The position numbers and the translations under genes are program-made. From assembly GCA_000002435.2 (NCBI GenBank), contig CM018793.1: DNA of 64,000 nucleotides; one strand, given 5' to 3'. The notes beneath the pieces were generated by a model. It did no database searches. It was not told the DNA's origin and worked only from the letters and a program-made list of their open reading frames with translations. The DNA comes from Giardia intestinalis (Eukaryota). The first letter of the stretch is position 1. Each line of letters opens with the position of its first letter. Of the stretch, positions 17,735-27,184 are shown piece after piece.

Positions 17735-20080
17735 ATGAACGACGCTCTTTCCCTTAGAGATGTGATCGCAAATGCGTTTACAAACTCCTCGGGGAAGTTG
17801 CTCATCGACACGTTGATAATGAACTATGTCCAATGTGTTCTAGAGAATACCTTAGATACAGACGCAGACAGTATCAGCAGGGCAACACAGACCATTGCTC
17901 CTGTAATTCACAATTGCAGAGTAACAGCTTCGCTTGATGAGGCCGAGGAGATAGTGACAAACCTCGTTTGCGAGGTCTGCTCCCTGATAGCGACTCATGG
18001 CCGAGACTCCGCAGTGAGCTTGCGACTAGATGATGCTGTGTCCGTTTCACAACAAGTACAACGAGCCGCGGCCAATAATGAGTATTGGAAGGGGATACAA
18101 ACAGCAAGGGACTTAGGAATGCAGAAGCTCCAATTCCAGATGATAAAGTCGTCAGAAAAAGCACGTGCACTAGCAGAGAAGCGTCGTCTAAAGGAAAAAC
18201 ACGTTAGCAAGGATGAAATCCCTGCAGCAGACAATGCTGTCAGTATCTCTCAGACAAAGTTTGTTCCTCGCACGGGGCAGGCCATCAAGCTCGATAGGGT
18301 TACTCTGGCATATGGAAAGAATATCCTTTTAGAGGATTGTGACTTTACTTTCCATTTTGGGCGACGATACTCGCTTATTGGTCGGAATGGCACGGGAAAG
18401 TCGAGTCTCTTGCGAGCTATTGCGCACGGAGAGATTGCATGCATCACCAATAGAGACCAGTACAAGATACTCTACGTGTCACAGGAGGTAGCGCCATCGA
18501 CCGACAGGGTCATCGATGTCGTGTTGTCGGCCAATGAGGACTATGTCAGGCTCACCACTGCAGAGCACGCCATCAAGGCTGCCATAGATCTCCTTGAAGA
18601 ACATCTAATGCGTCTTCGTAGTGCCTCTCATGGGAGCTCTTCTCTTAAGTCCGAACATTCCGCTTCTCGCACGTTGAAAGGCTTGCTTCCAGAGCATGTC
18701 TTGACTGAGCTTAATGCTAGCATTTTTCCAAGCATAAGTGTGGATACTTCCGCCGCACTTAATGCTTCTGCGACAGAGGCGCTTTTGGACAATCTCGGGG
18801 TAGCTCTCCAGCAGCGATACGACGAGATGGAGGCAGCTGATCTGTTCAGTGCACAGGCACGTGCATCGCAGATATTGGCGGGGTTGCAATTTACACCAGC
18901 AATGCAACTCAGACGCACCAAGGAGTTTTCAGGTGGTTGGCTCATGCGTGTAAGCCTTGCTAAAGCACTTTTTGTAGCTCCAGACATACTCTTCCTTGAT
19001 GAACCAGACAACCACCTGGACACAGATGCCATAATGTGGTTGGAGAACTGGTTAGTCAACTTCCCCCAGGATAAGCTTGTTATAGTCGTCTCGCACGATA
19101 CAGACTTTCTTAATCAGTTCACTACAGACATCGTCTTTTTAAATAACCGAAGGCTCACGAAATACTCTGGAAATTACAGTGCATTCATCGAGCTTCGGGA
19201 GAGTGAGCTCAAAAATCAGCAACGGCAAGTAGAGAAGCAGGAGGCTCTACAGGCGCGTGTGCAGACTTTCATTGATAGGTTCCGATATAACGCTGCGCGG
19301 GCAAGCCTGGTGCAGAGTCGCATTAAGATGCTGAATAAAATGGAGCGGCTGTTCGTTTCAGAAGACTACGCGGTCCCACCATTTATTTTTCCTGGGCCCG
19401 AGGTGTCTGGCGCCCAGTTTGAATTGCTATCACTCAAGGACGTGGAGTTTAGCTATGTGCAGCAGAAGTTAGGAGGATTCTGTCTCAAGGACATCAATCT
19501 GACTATTTACAATGATAGTAGAATAGCAATCTGTGGCGCAAATGGTAGCGGAAAGTCAACCATTCTCAAGCTACTGAGTGGAATGGAAAAGCCTGACTCT
19601 GGCGTCTTCATTCGTAATAGCAAATGTACACCCGCAATATTTTGGCAGCACCACACGGATCTCCTGGATTTGGATAAGACACCACTCCAAACAATCAATG
19701 AATTTGCCCCTGGAGAGACCAACAACAAGTACCTGTCCCACCTGGGAGCATTTGGAATAACTGACGACCTGGTGTTCCAAACCAATCGCACGCTTTCTGG
19801 CGGGCAGCGGTCTCGACTGAACTTCGCTCTGCTCACGTTCCAAACCCTGCCATCCCTCCTGATCCTGGATGAACCAACCAATCACCTGGATATAGAAACA
19901 CGTCTTGCACTAGCAGAAGGTCTAAACCAGTATACTGGAGCGGTACTGATAGTGTCTCACGACGCACAGATGATCCAGAGCGTCACAGACGAACTCTATG
20001 TTGTGAAAGACGGGACACTGTCTAAGTTCGATGGCGGCTTCCTTGAGTACAAGGAGCACCTCCGCGGTAGTAGAAAATAA
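17735..20080 (+). CDS. ABCF-family twin-ABC ATPase (soluble, no TM; translation/ribosome-associated type, GCN20/ABC50-like)
   Basis: Two nucleotide-binding domains. Walker A GRNGTGKSSLLRAI and GANGSGKSTILKLL. ABC signatures FSGGWLMRVSLAKAL and LSGGQRSRLNFALL. Walker B ILFLDEPDNHLD and LLILDEPTNHLD. No membrane segments. Confidence 0.85.
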   Translation: MNDALSLRDVIANAFTNSSGKLLIDTLIMNYVQCVLENTLDTDADSISRATQTIAPVIHNCRVTASLDEAEEIVTNLVCEVCSLIATHGRDSAVSLRLDDAVSVSQQVQRAAANNEYWKGIQTARDLGMQKLQFQMIKSSEKARALAEKRRLKEKHVSKDEIPAADNAVSISQTKFVPRTGQAIKLDRVTLAYGKNILLEDCDFTFHFGRRYSLIGRNGTGKSSLLRAIAHGEIACITNRDQYKILYVSQEVAPSTDRVIDVVLSANEDYVRLTTAEHAIKAAIDLLEEHLMRLRSASHGSSSLKSEHSASRTLKGLLPEHVLTELNASIFPSISVDTSAALNASATEALLDNLGVALQQRYDEMEAADLFSAQARASQILAGLQFTPAMQLRRTKEFSGGWLMRVSLAKALFVAPDILFLDEPDNHLDTDAIMWLENWLVNFPQDKLVIVVSHDTDFLNQFTTDIVFLNNRRLTKYSGNYSAFIELRESELKNQQRQVEKQEALQARVQTFIDRFRYNAARASLVQSRIKMLNKMERLFVSEDYAVPPFIFPGPEVSGAQFELLSLKDVEFSYVQQKLGGFCLKDINLTIYNDSRIAICGANGSGKSTILKLLSGMEKPDSGVFIRNSKCTPAIFWQHHTDLLDLDKTPLQTINEFAPGETNNKYLSHLGAFGITDDLVFQTNRTLSGGQRSRLNFALLTFQTLPSLLILDEPTNHLDIETRLALAEGLNQYTGAVLIVSHDAQMIQSVTDELYVVKDGTLSKFDGGFLEYKEHLRGSRK

Positions 20081-20085
20081 AGACC

Positions 20086-20092
20086 AGTAAAT
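20086..20092 (+). promoter_or_regulatory. Putative polyadenylation signal AGTAAAT downstream of the ABCF gene
   Basis: TAAAGACCAGTAAATTA, 6 nt after the stop. Confidence 0.5.
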
Positions 20093-20129
20093 TAATGCCA
20101 GTGTATTCTTAATCTTTACAGTCTGAAAA

Positions 20130-22187
20130 ATGTTCATTTTCCTCGTCTGTTCACTAGCGGGCGGGGCTTTGGCGGTATCTGTCGCGATTGACGGATGCGA
20201 CGTGTCGGTGACTAGCATGGGAGCAGAGTACTGCATACATTGTAGCGACTCTAACATGCTCCCCACTCCCGACGGAACTGCCTGTGCTCTTAGCTGCGGA
20301 ACCAATGAGGGTATTAAGGACTGCGTAGCCTGCGGAACGGGTAAGTGCTCGAAGTGCGCTACCTCGGGTAGTTCTACTCTAGTGCCTACATCCGATGGGC
20401 TGAAGTGCGTTTCCAAGTGCAATACTAGCCGTTCAACTGGGATAGAACACTGTCAGACTTGTACCGGGATTCTTCAGCAACTTCAGTGCACCACGTGTAA
20501 CAGTCCTTATACTCCGTCGTCAGACAAGAAGTCCTGCGTGCTCCTTTGTAGTGGTGTCACGGTAGACAATTGTCAGGAGTGTGACAGCGGTGCTACCACA
20601 TGCAAGACATGCCAGCCCGGCTATGCCCTCTCTGCCGATAGAAAGTTCTGTTATCGGACCTGTGGCACAAGTGGACCCATTCAGTATTGCACAGGGTGCA
20701 GAGAGCAGGTGTGTACAGCGTGCAATAGTCTCACATATCTTAAGAATAACCACTGCGTCTTGCGAAGAGGTTTGGAAGAACCCTGCTCTGCCGACGACCC
20801 CTGTCACGTTTCCCTAAGGTGTCTCTTTTCGGGGCTGGGGCTAGAGAATGGGACAAAAAAGTGCTTTCCAGCCTCCTGTGCTCCCGCGTCATCTGATCCT
20901 GGAGTGCACTCTGTCTGTCACGGTCAAGGGACGTGCAGGGACACAAGTTTCAATCTGGAAAGCCAGTCCTCTGCAGGCACGTGTGCTTGCCTATCAGCAG
21001 ACTTGTCTTCTGGCGATAACTGCGGAGTCTGTATCAATTCCACTCTTACACCGAGCTATATCGCAGTTGGGACTTGTGTGGCAAAGCAGGGCCCGTACGA
21101 AAGCTGCTCTTCGTCACTTACCTGCCAGCCCGGTCTTTCATGTTACATGAACTATCAGTGTGTCCCAGACGACTGTATTTCTGGTAATATTCTCAATAAA
21201 CTTGTATGCGGTAAGGCTGGAAGTTGCGGAGAGGCAAGCTTTGATTTTAGCTCAAATAAGTGGACTGCAACCTGTGTATGCTTTGACCCTAGACGGAAAC
21301 CGAGTGAAAAGTGTACTAAATGTACAACTGGAGACCCTGTTGGGATAACCTGTGCCAATACAAATTGCGTCGAAAACAAGATTGTCTGTAGTGGCCACGG
21401 TTCCTGTAAGGAAGATGGATCAGGATGCGACTGCGACGAAGGATTTGCGCCTGTCACTGTCACTGCCAAGCATCGCTGCTATCCTTCCACTTGTGGCGGA
21501 ACCCCGTCTGACTCCGGTACCTACTGCAACAATGGACTGGGAACCTGCTTGCAGCAGTTAGATAACAGTTATCTCTGCGCGTGCCCTGCCGGCTATAGAG
21601 GCGTGGAGACCCACGGGAACACAAGAGCCGCCGCTGGCTTGGACGGGTGCGTACCGTGGTCATGTTACCCGATGCTTAACGGGAGTATTTGTGGTCCATT
21701 CGATGGAGGAACATGTGGGACCACTGCAGCTAGAAGTCACGCATGCACCTGTCACTCAGGCTTTAAGCTGACAGACAAGGGCTGCCTTCCGGAGAAGTGT
21801 GGTCCAAAACAGGACGGTAGTGTCTGCCTATCCAAGGGGATATGCAAGAGCAACGGCGGCATTTGGACCTGCGAATGCCTCGACGGCTATCGCGTGACAG
21901 ACGCTGGCTGCCTTAATCACCGCTGCAAGGCCACAAGCGCTGGAATCCCTTGCAATGGCCACGGTGTCTGCCAGGATAATGTCAGATGCAAGTGCTCGTC
22001 AGGCTACGCAGGCCCCACCTGTTCCATCACAACAGTCGCACTCGCCGCGGCAATAACGGTTCCGATTCTGGTCCTGTTTGTGGTCGGGTTTCTGACATAC
22101 ATCCTTGTGAAGCGAGCGATTGCAAAGCGCGAACAAGCCAAAGTCATGAACCGAATGTTCCCTGTTATCCCCAGCAGGAAGAAATGA
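20130..22187 (+). CDS. High-cysteine membrane protein with EGF-like modules (HCMP / tenascin- or Notch-like annotation class)
   Basis: Signal peptide MFIFLVCSLAGGALA. CXXC-rich N-terminal half. C-terminal half has repeated EGF-like C.C..G(F/Y) modules (CDCDEGFAPV, CACPAGYRGV, CTCHSGFKLTD, CECLDGYRVTD, CKCSSGYAGPTC). TM AITVPILVLFVVGFLTYILV plus a basic tail. Confidence 0.8.
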   Translation: MFIFLVCSLAGGALAVSVAIDGCDVSVTSMGAEYCIHCSDSNMLPTPDGTACALSCGTNEGIKDCVACGTGKCSKCATSGSSTLVPTSDGLKCVSKCNTSRSTGIEHCQTCTGILQQLQCTTCNSPYTPSSDKKSCVLLCSGVTVDNCQECDSGATTCKTCQPGYALSADRKFCYRTCGTSGPIQYCTGCREQVCTACNSLTYLKNNHCVLRRGLEEPCSADDPCHVSLRCLFSGLGLENGTKKCFPASCAPASSDPGVHSVCHGQGTCRDTSFNLESQSSAGTCACLSADLSSGDNCGVCINSTLTPSYIAVGTCVAKQGPYESCSSSLTCQPGLSCYMNYQCVPDDCISGNILNKLVCGKAGSCGEASFDFSSNKWTATCVCFDPRRKPSEKCTKCTTGDPVGITCANTNCVENKIVCSGHGSCKEDGSGCDCDEGFAPVTVTAKHRCYPSTCGGTPSDSGTYCNNGLGTCLQQLDNSYLCACPAGYRGVETHGNTRAAAGLDGCVPWSCYPMLNGSICGPFDGGTCGTTAARSHACTCHSGFKLTDKGCLPEKCGPKQDGSVCLSKGICKSNGGIWTCECLDGYRVTDAGCLNHRCKATSAGIPCNGHGVCQDNVRCKCSSGYAGPTCSITTVALAAAITVPILVLFVVGFLTYILVKRAIAKREQAKVMNRMFPVIPSRKK

Positions 22188-22209
22188 TGACTATGTATCC
22201 ATACATTTA

Positions 22210-24732
22210 CTAGGGCTCCTCCTCTTCTTCGGCTTCCTCTTGCTCCTCCTGTGCAGCAAGCTCTCGGGCACGTTCCTCTTCCCTTGCGCGTTTTTCGGCC
22301 AAGCGGGCCTCCTTCCTTTCTAGACGTTCTCTAATAAGCCTGTCAAGCTCGTCCTTATCACGACGCTCAATGTCCTCCACCCGCTCACGACACTCAGTTT
22401 CTATCTCCAAGACGGGGTCGTCTTCCTCTAATATGTCTGCAGGAGGGAGTTGCATTGGGGCAGGCACCACCGCGCGATACTTGTCAAGGGCATTGATACT
22501 CTCTGTCTGTCGACCATCGCCTATGTAAATAGAGGTATAGACCAGGGGGTCGCCGTTGCTGTGGTTGAAGCAGACATTGAGCATTCCTGGCCAACGGTTG
22601 CTGCGGACGACGACGGGAGAGTGGCGGTTCAGGGTCTTGTTGAAGATGACGGTATACGCAGGGACGACCTTCTGCCCATCGACCTCCTCTGCGTTGACAT
22701 CGACAGAGCCCATTGGCCCTGCATGAAGGACAAGTGGAGCATCTGTATCTGCAGGAGAGAGCATCTCTGGTCTGTCCTTTTGGAGGACTTCCTTTTCTTC
22801 ATCATAGTAATCGCCCTCCAAAAGCTGCTCATCCTGCTCCTTCAGAGTGTCCTCTATCTCCTGTTCCTTATCCCAATATTCGCGCTCCTTGTCATCAAGC
22901 TCCTGCTCTTTACAGTTAATGTCAACGGGGGCAATCTCAAGTCCAAAGTACCTGCTGGTCTGGTAAACAGAGCGGTTCTCCTTGAACACAGGGTCCCATG
23001 GATCTCGAACCGCCTCCCAGAACGCTCGGGGGACCGTAAAGCGGCACTTTTGCCGGGCAATCTGCTTATAAGTATCGATAGCCTCAGTTAATATGCGGAG
23101 CTGATCAGACTCGGCGTATGCAGCATCAAGCCGCTCCTGTACAGGCTTTTTAGGAGGAGGAAGGGGCTCCTCTGGTTCCTCTTCTTCTGGCTCTTCTTCT
23201 CCTTCGTCTTTATCTTCGCCATCTTCACCCTTTTCTTCGCCATTGGCATCCTCCTCCTCTTCAACCTTCTCCTCAACTGGAGGTTCATCCTCAGGTTCTT
23301 CCTTTTCTTCCTCTTCGGGCTCTTCTTCCTCCGCCTCTTCTTCAGGTTCCTCTTCGTCCTCTGGATAAGTCCACGGAAGAACCTTTCCTCTGTGCGACAG
23401 GATCGGACATGCATGCACCCAGTTTGCCAGCTCTAATAGCTCAACAAATTCAACGTTAGCTATCTCTCTATTGCGCTCGGGCCATGGAAGAATGCTTTTC
23501 CCAGCCATCTTAGAGTCTACTGGCTCGTCTGGCTCACATGAATCCTTGGAAAAGTCTGCAACTACAGTAGGATCTGCAAATAATAGGGCCTTCTGCCTCG
23601 CTTGTTCCTCTTCCGTTATATCTTCCTCTGTCTCTTCAGGCTCAGGGCCTGGCACTAAGCATGCAGCAGGAGCTAGCTCTGCACCATGCTTGATGCGCGT
23701 GATAATGCACCGCAGATAGTGAGCCTCACATCCTGGAAAGGGAGGAATTCTGTCATAGATACGCCTGGATAAATTCCCTGAGAGGCGAACATTAATGAAC
23801 CGCGACAGCTTTAGTTGACGGGCCTCCAAGTCCGGCAAACGGACCCACTTGACAACCTGGTTCACATCGGCAACGAGCAAGTCTGCCGTGACAAAATACA
23901 CGAAGCGGTTGGCCCCCTCTGGGTGCACCCCATCGCCAGCAGGCTCAACGTGTGGATAGAGGCGCCGAGGCTTAGGAGCTATCGTTCTCAGATCAAATTC
24001 TAGGTCATCTGGGTCCAGATAGAGCTTTTCCTCGTCAGTAAGCTTCTTAATCTTTCTATCTGTGAGGTAGGTGTAATTAGCAGGCTTTCCATCTTTGGCA
24101 AGTGCAGATGGTGGAGGAGCTATCGTTTCTGCTGTAGGTGCTGTATCTAGATCTTTGTTTAGATCTAAAATATCCGAATTGACTGAGGCAGGTCCCGGCC
24201 CCTGAAAGCGGAACATCTTCTTGCGCGGCTTGAAAGGGAGGCACTCCAGGACATAGTAGTGTCCAGATGTTGTGGTAAACCGGCCGAAGAAGGAGATAAC
24301 AGAAAAGTAGCCCCGCCGCTCTACCTCAAATTGAGAAATCCTCTTTTGTAAGATAGATGCGGTAACGTCGTCAAATCCCTGCCCAACTAACTTAAGCTGC
24401 TCATTGAGGCGAAGGATATTGGGAACGATTGTTTTGCACGGCTTAAGGACAGAGACAGCATGATCTGTCGACAGAGCTGACTTGAGAACCTCCTCCAATC
24501 GTGCAAAATCATCATCAGAAAGGACTGGTTCATAGGTTTTTCCAGCCGTCTCGTTATCATAGCAACCAACAGACGCCTTGATTTCCCTGGAAATAGAGGC
24601 AATGGCTGCTGCGGCGTCTTCAGGATGGTCATCCAGTAGTTTTGCAATGATCTGGGCAAGGTGGCCATATATGGTCTGTCCGAACTCATTGCACACCTGC
24701 AGGTAGTCAACGAACTCAGAAATGCGATCCAT
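22210..24732 (-). CDS. Radial spoke head protein family member (RSP4/6/9-like) with a long acidic Glu/Pro-rich insert
   Basis: Family-typical motifs. GHYYVLE. KWVRLPD. IPPFPGCEAHYLRCIITRI (compare PPFPGNE.NYLRAQIARI). C-terminal VVRSNRWPGMLNVCFNHSNGDPLVYTSIYIGDG (compare RSLLWPG...YVYVGTG). Central EEEPEEEAEEEEPEEEEKEEPEDE acidic block. Confidence 0.6.
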   Translation of the reverse strand: MDRISEFVDYLQVCNEFGQTIYGHLAQIIAKLLDDHPEDAAAAIASISREIKASVGCYDNETAGKTYEPVLSDDDFARLEEVLKSALSTDHAVSVLKPCKTIVPNILRLNEQLKLVGQGFDDVTASILQKRISQFEVERRGYFSVISFFGRFTTTSGHYYVLECLPFKPRKKMFRFQGPGPASVNSDILDLNKDLDTAPTAETIAPPPSALAKDGKPANYTYLTDRKIKKLTDEEKLYLDPDDLEFDLRTIAPKPRRLYPHVEPAGDGVHPEGANRFVYFVTADLLVADVNQVVKWVRLPDLEARQLKLSRFINVRLSGNLSRRIYDRIPPFPGCEAHYLRCIITRIKHGAELAPAACLVPGPEPEETEEDITEEEQARQKALLFADPTVVADFSKDSCEPDEPVDSKMAGKSILPWPERNREIANVEFVELLELANWVHACPILSHRGKVLPWTYPEDEEEPEEEAEEEEPEEEEKEEPEDEPPVEEKVEEEEDANGEEKGEDGEDKDEGEEEPEEEEPEEPLPPPKKPVQERLDAAYAESDQLRILTEAIDTYKQIARQKCRFTVPRAFWEAVRDPWDPVFKENRSVYQTSRYFGLEIAPVDINCKEQELDDKEREYWDKEQEIEDTLKEQDEQLLEGDYYDEEKEVLQKDRPEMLSPADTDAPLVLHAGPMGSVDVNAEEVDGQKVVPAYTVIFNKTLNRHSPVVVRSNRWPGMLNVCFNHSNGDPLVYTSIYIGDGRQTESINALDKYRAVVPAPMQLPPADILEEDDPVLEIETECRERVEDIERRDKDELDRLIRERLERKEARLAEKRAREEERARELAAQEEQEEAEEEEEP

Positions 24733-24804
24733 TGTGCGTGCTTGAACCTCTGACCTTCTTTTTCTGTGGCTCGATTTTTAAATTAAAACCTGCCAGATTT
24801 TGCA

Positions 24805-26007
24805 ATGAGCCAGACCCTCTATCGTCAATCCCATTGGAATGGTGAGAGGTGGGTTCACGTGCATATATATACTAATGGCCGGGAAAAAAGACTCACACTT
24901 TACGGCCTGGACACTGTAATTAACACATCGACATTTCTGGCGATTTGTTCGCTTCAAAACAGCTCCTATATGTATGACTATGGCACGGATACACTTTACG
25001 AGTGTAGTGTTTATGACCCTCTCACATCTGACGAAAGTCTTTCTTCTCAGCTGCATGCTGTTCGCTTGACTAAGGTCCTCCTATTACGACAGCTACGCCT
25101 CAAGGTATTTAGCGACAGACACACATTGTCTACACCTCCCTGTTCACCTGGTGCTATGCGGAAGCCACAAACTCCTCTTCTTAAGCTTATGCGCAACATA
25201 GACACACTTCAGCCTTACGATCATCTCGCATCCAGGCTACAACCACGCAGTCTCACAGCCACACCGGTTGTTTCAGCGGCCATCTGCGCTATCAGCCAAG
25301 ACACCCTTATGATCTTTTGCGTTCAACGAGGATTTGCTTGTGGTAACAGCACGCCCATCTACACTAACCATCTCCTCAAAGTGAGCCTTTCTGGCAACGA
25401 CTCTGAAAGGCTGAAGCTTCAATCGCAATTTGAGCGTGTGCATAGCTTGATTTACTATAACGGTAGCCTATTTACGATAGTAGAGCAGAGTGTTGCCCTA
25501 CCCAAGACAGAGGAAGATTTGGAAGAAGAAAAGCGGCGGGATGAAGAGCTTGCAAAATTGATGAGGCGGCTTTCCAAGATGGATCCGGAAGACGAGGAAT
25601 ATAAAAGATTGGAGCCATATTACCGATCATCTGTTGAGCCATTCGAGACAATCTATGCTCTATGTCGAATAGATATAAACACCTTCTCTGTGGAGATCCT
25701 TATGAAGAAAAGGAGCTTTATGAAGGCCTTTGCAGGCGACTCGGAAGATACTGTCACGGTCGTTATGCCAACATACGACCTATCCTCTACTATAACTGTG
25801 GCATCCTATAATACCGTATCAAGGGAGCTTACTCTGTCTCATCCCGCATTGGATCCTTGGTTTGTAATTGACAGGACGCTACTAGAGTCATCCTACTTAC
25901 AGAAGAGTATTCTTCGGAACCCAGCCCTTTCCCTAGAACTAGAGTTATCCTCAGCTAAAGTGTGTGTGCGCCCAACAGATTTGACCACTGAGCACGCAAC
26001 TCAATGA
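24805..26007 (+). CDS. Hypothetical protein (400 aa)
   Basis: Long ORF with balanced composition and a 72-bp AT-rich divergent spacer shared with the upstream gene. Confidence 0.5.
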   Translation: MSQTLYRQSHWNGERWVHVHIYTNGREKRLTLYGLDTVINTSTFLAICSLQNSSYMYDYGTDTLYECSVYDPLTSDESLSSQLHAVRLTKVLLLRQLRLKVFSDRHTLSTPPCSPGAMRKPQTPLLKLMRNIDTLQPYDHLASRLQPRSLTATPVVSAAICAISQDTLMIFCVQRGFACGNSTPIYTNHLLKVSLSGNDSERLKLQSQFERVHSLIYYNGSLFTIVEQSVALPKTEEDLEEEKRRDEELAKLMRRLSKMDPEDEEYKRLEPYYRSSVEPFETIYALCRIDINTFSVEILMKKRSFMKAFAGDSEDTVTVVMPTYDLSSTITVASYNTVSRELTLSHPALDPWFVIDRTLLESSYLQKSILRNPALSLELELSSAKVCVRPTDLTTEHATQ

Positions 26008-26050
26008 CTCGTTGTTGTTTCTCTTCTGATTTCCATGGCTCGCAACCCCA

Positions 26051-26809
26051 TCAGCAAAAGGTGGCAAGGTGCACCAAGAGCTCCGTCTTCTTGTCATCAT
26101 CTATGCCCAATTTATTGTTGAGCAGCATTGCTCTCACATCTTCTCCGTGGATTGATGCTTCGTATTGTGCTACCGCATGGAAAGACGGAACATGTCCGAC
26201 TCTCGCTGCTATATGAAGAGCCGATTGACCATCTGCATCTACCATTCCTCTCTCCTTATCCCAAAGGCAATCGATACACGAGTAGTTCGAGTGCTCCACT
26301 GCGTACATTAAGGCGGTCTTCCCATTTCTATCTTGCAGTCCACCCTCTTTGTCAACTAATAGTGTGACACAGTTCACAGCCCCCACGATTGCAGCTATCA
26401 TTAGGGCAGTAAGAAAGCACCGTGTCTCCCTCAATCTACTTTCATACTCTGCTAGAAGCTCTACAGCAGCTGTCGCGTTGTTTGCCGCAGCTATCATTAA
26501 AGCTGTTACATTAGCTAAGACGTAGCCAGAGATAATAACGGGGCATCTCATCTTCATCTGCCTTTCGTCGATGATCAGCACCTTTATCACATCCGGCCAG
26601 TTGCCCGCAGCGGCATACATCAGCGCAGTGCAGCCCATCATGTCGAACTGCTGAACATACCCTCGTCTATTACGGGCCTCTCTCACATCTCCTTTAATAG
26701 CTGCGTGCATTAAGGGCGTACGACCGCCATACCCACGGCCGTGATCTGTAAAGGCCGACCTGAGCTCATCCAATCGATACACATGCCCAATTGTAAACAT
26801 ACCAATCAC
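26051..26809 (-). CDS. Ankyrin-repeat protein (protein 21.1-like, short form)
   Basis: Five or six ankyrin units: GRTPLMHAAIKGD, GCTALMYAAAGNW, TALMIAAANNA, TALMIAAIVGA, GKTALMYAVEHSN, GQSALHIAARVGH. Confidence 0.75.
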   Translation of the reverse strand: MIGMFTIGHVYRLDELRSAFTDHGRGYGGRTPLMHAAIKGDVREARNRRGYVQQFDMMGCTALMYAAAGNWPDVIKVLIIDERQMKMRCPVIISGYVLANVTALMIAAANNATAAVELLAEYESRLRETRCFLTALMIAAIVGAVNCVTLLVDKEGGLQDRNGKTALMYAVEHSNYSCIDCLWDKERGMVDADGQSALHIAARVGHVPSFHAVAQYEASIHGEDVRAMLLNNKLGIDDDKKTELLVHLATFC

Positions 26810-27184
26810 GATTTAGATAGATGAATATTTGATAAATGAAAGGTTCGGCTTTACAGGCGTTTAAAGGTTTTATAGGTATGTTGCTATCACACACGGAGGT
26901 CTATTGCTGCAGTGTGGGGCTACCGGGACGGCAAGGCATGCAGCTAGGATTTGAGCTTAGCAGCAGAAGAGGATTGACTTTGTGTATAAGGGCATTCTTC
27001 ATCCACCAACTGTCTGGTCTTCTTAGAACTGGTTTCTGTGGGGAAAGTCCAGCCTGCAATGTCTCATTTCTGTAGAAAGAGTATTTACTAGTTCAATCCA
27101 CAAGATAGTGTAGAAAATGTTTTGTAGCACGATAAAAATAAAAGAGATAAACAATCTGCTTCTCAATCCTCACAAGAACGCAGA

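Noticed and set aside
22450-23414. Poly-Leu/Phe ORF (22450..23091 plus) and poly-Lys/Arg ORF (23088..23414 minus)
   Set aside because: Both are alternative-frame or antisense readings of the GAG/GAA-rich acidic block of the radial-spoke gene.
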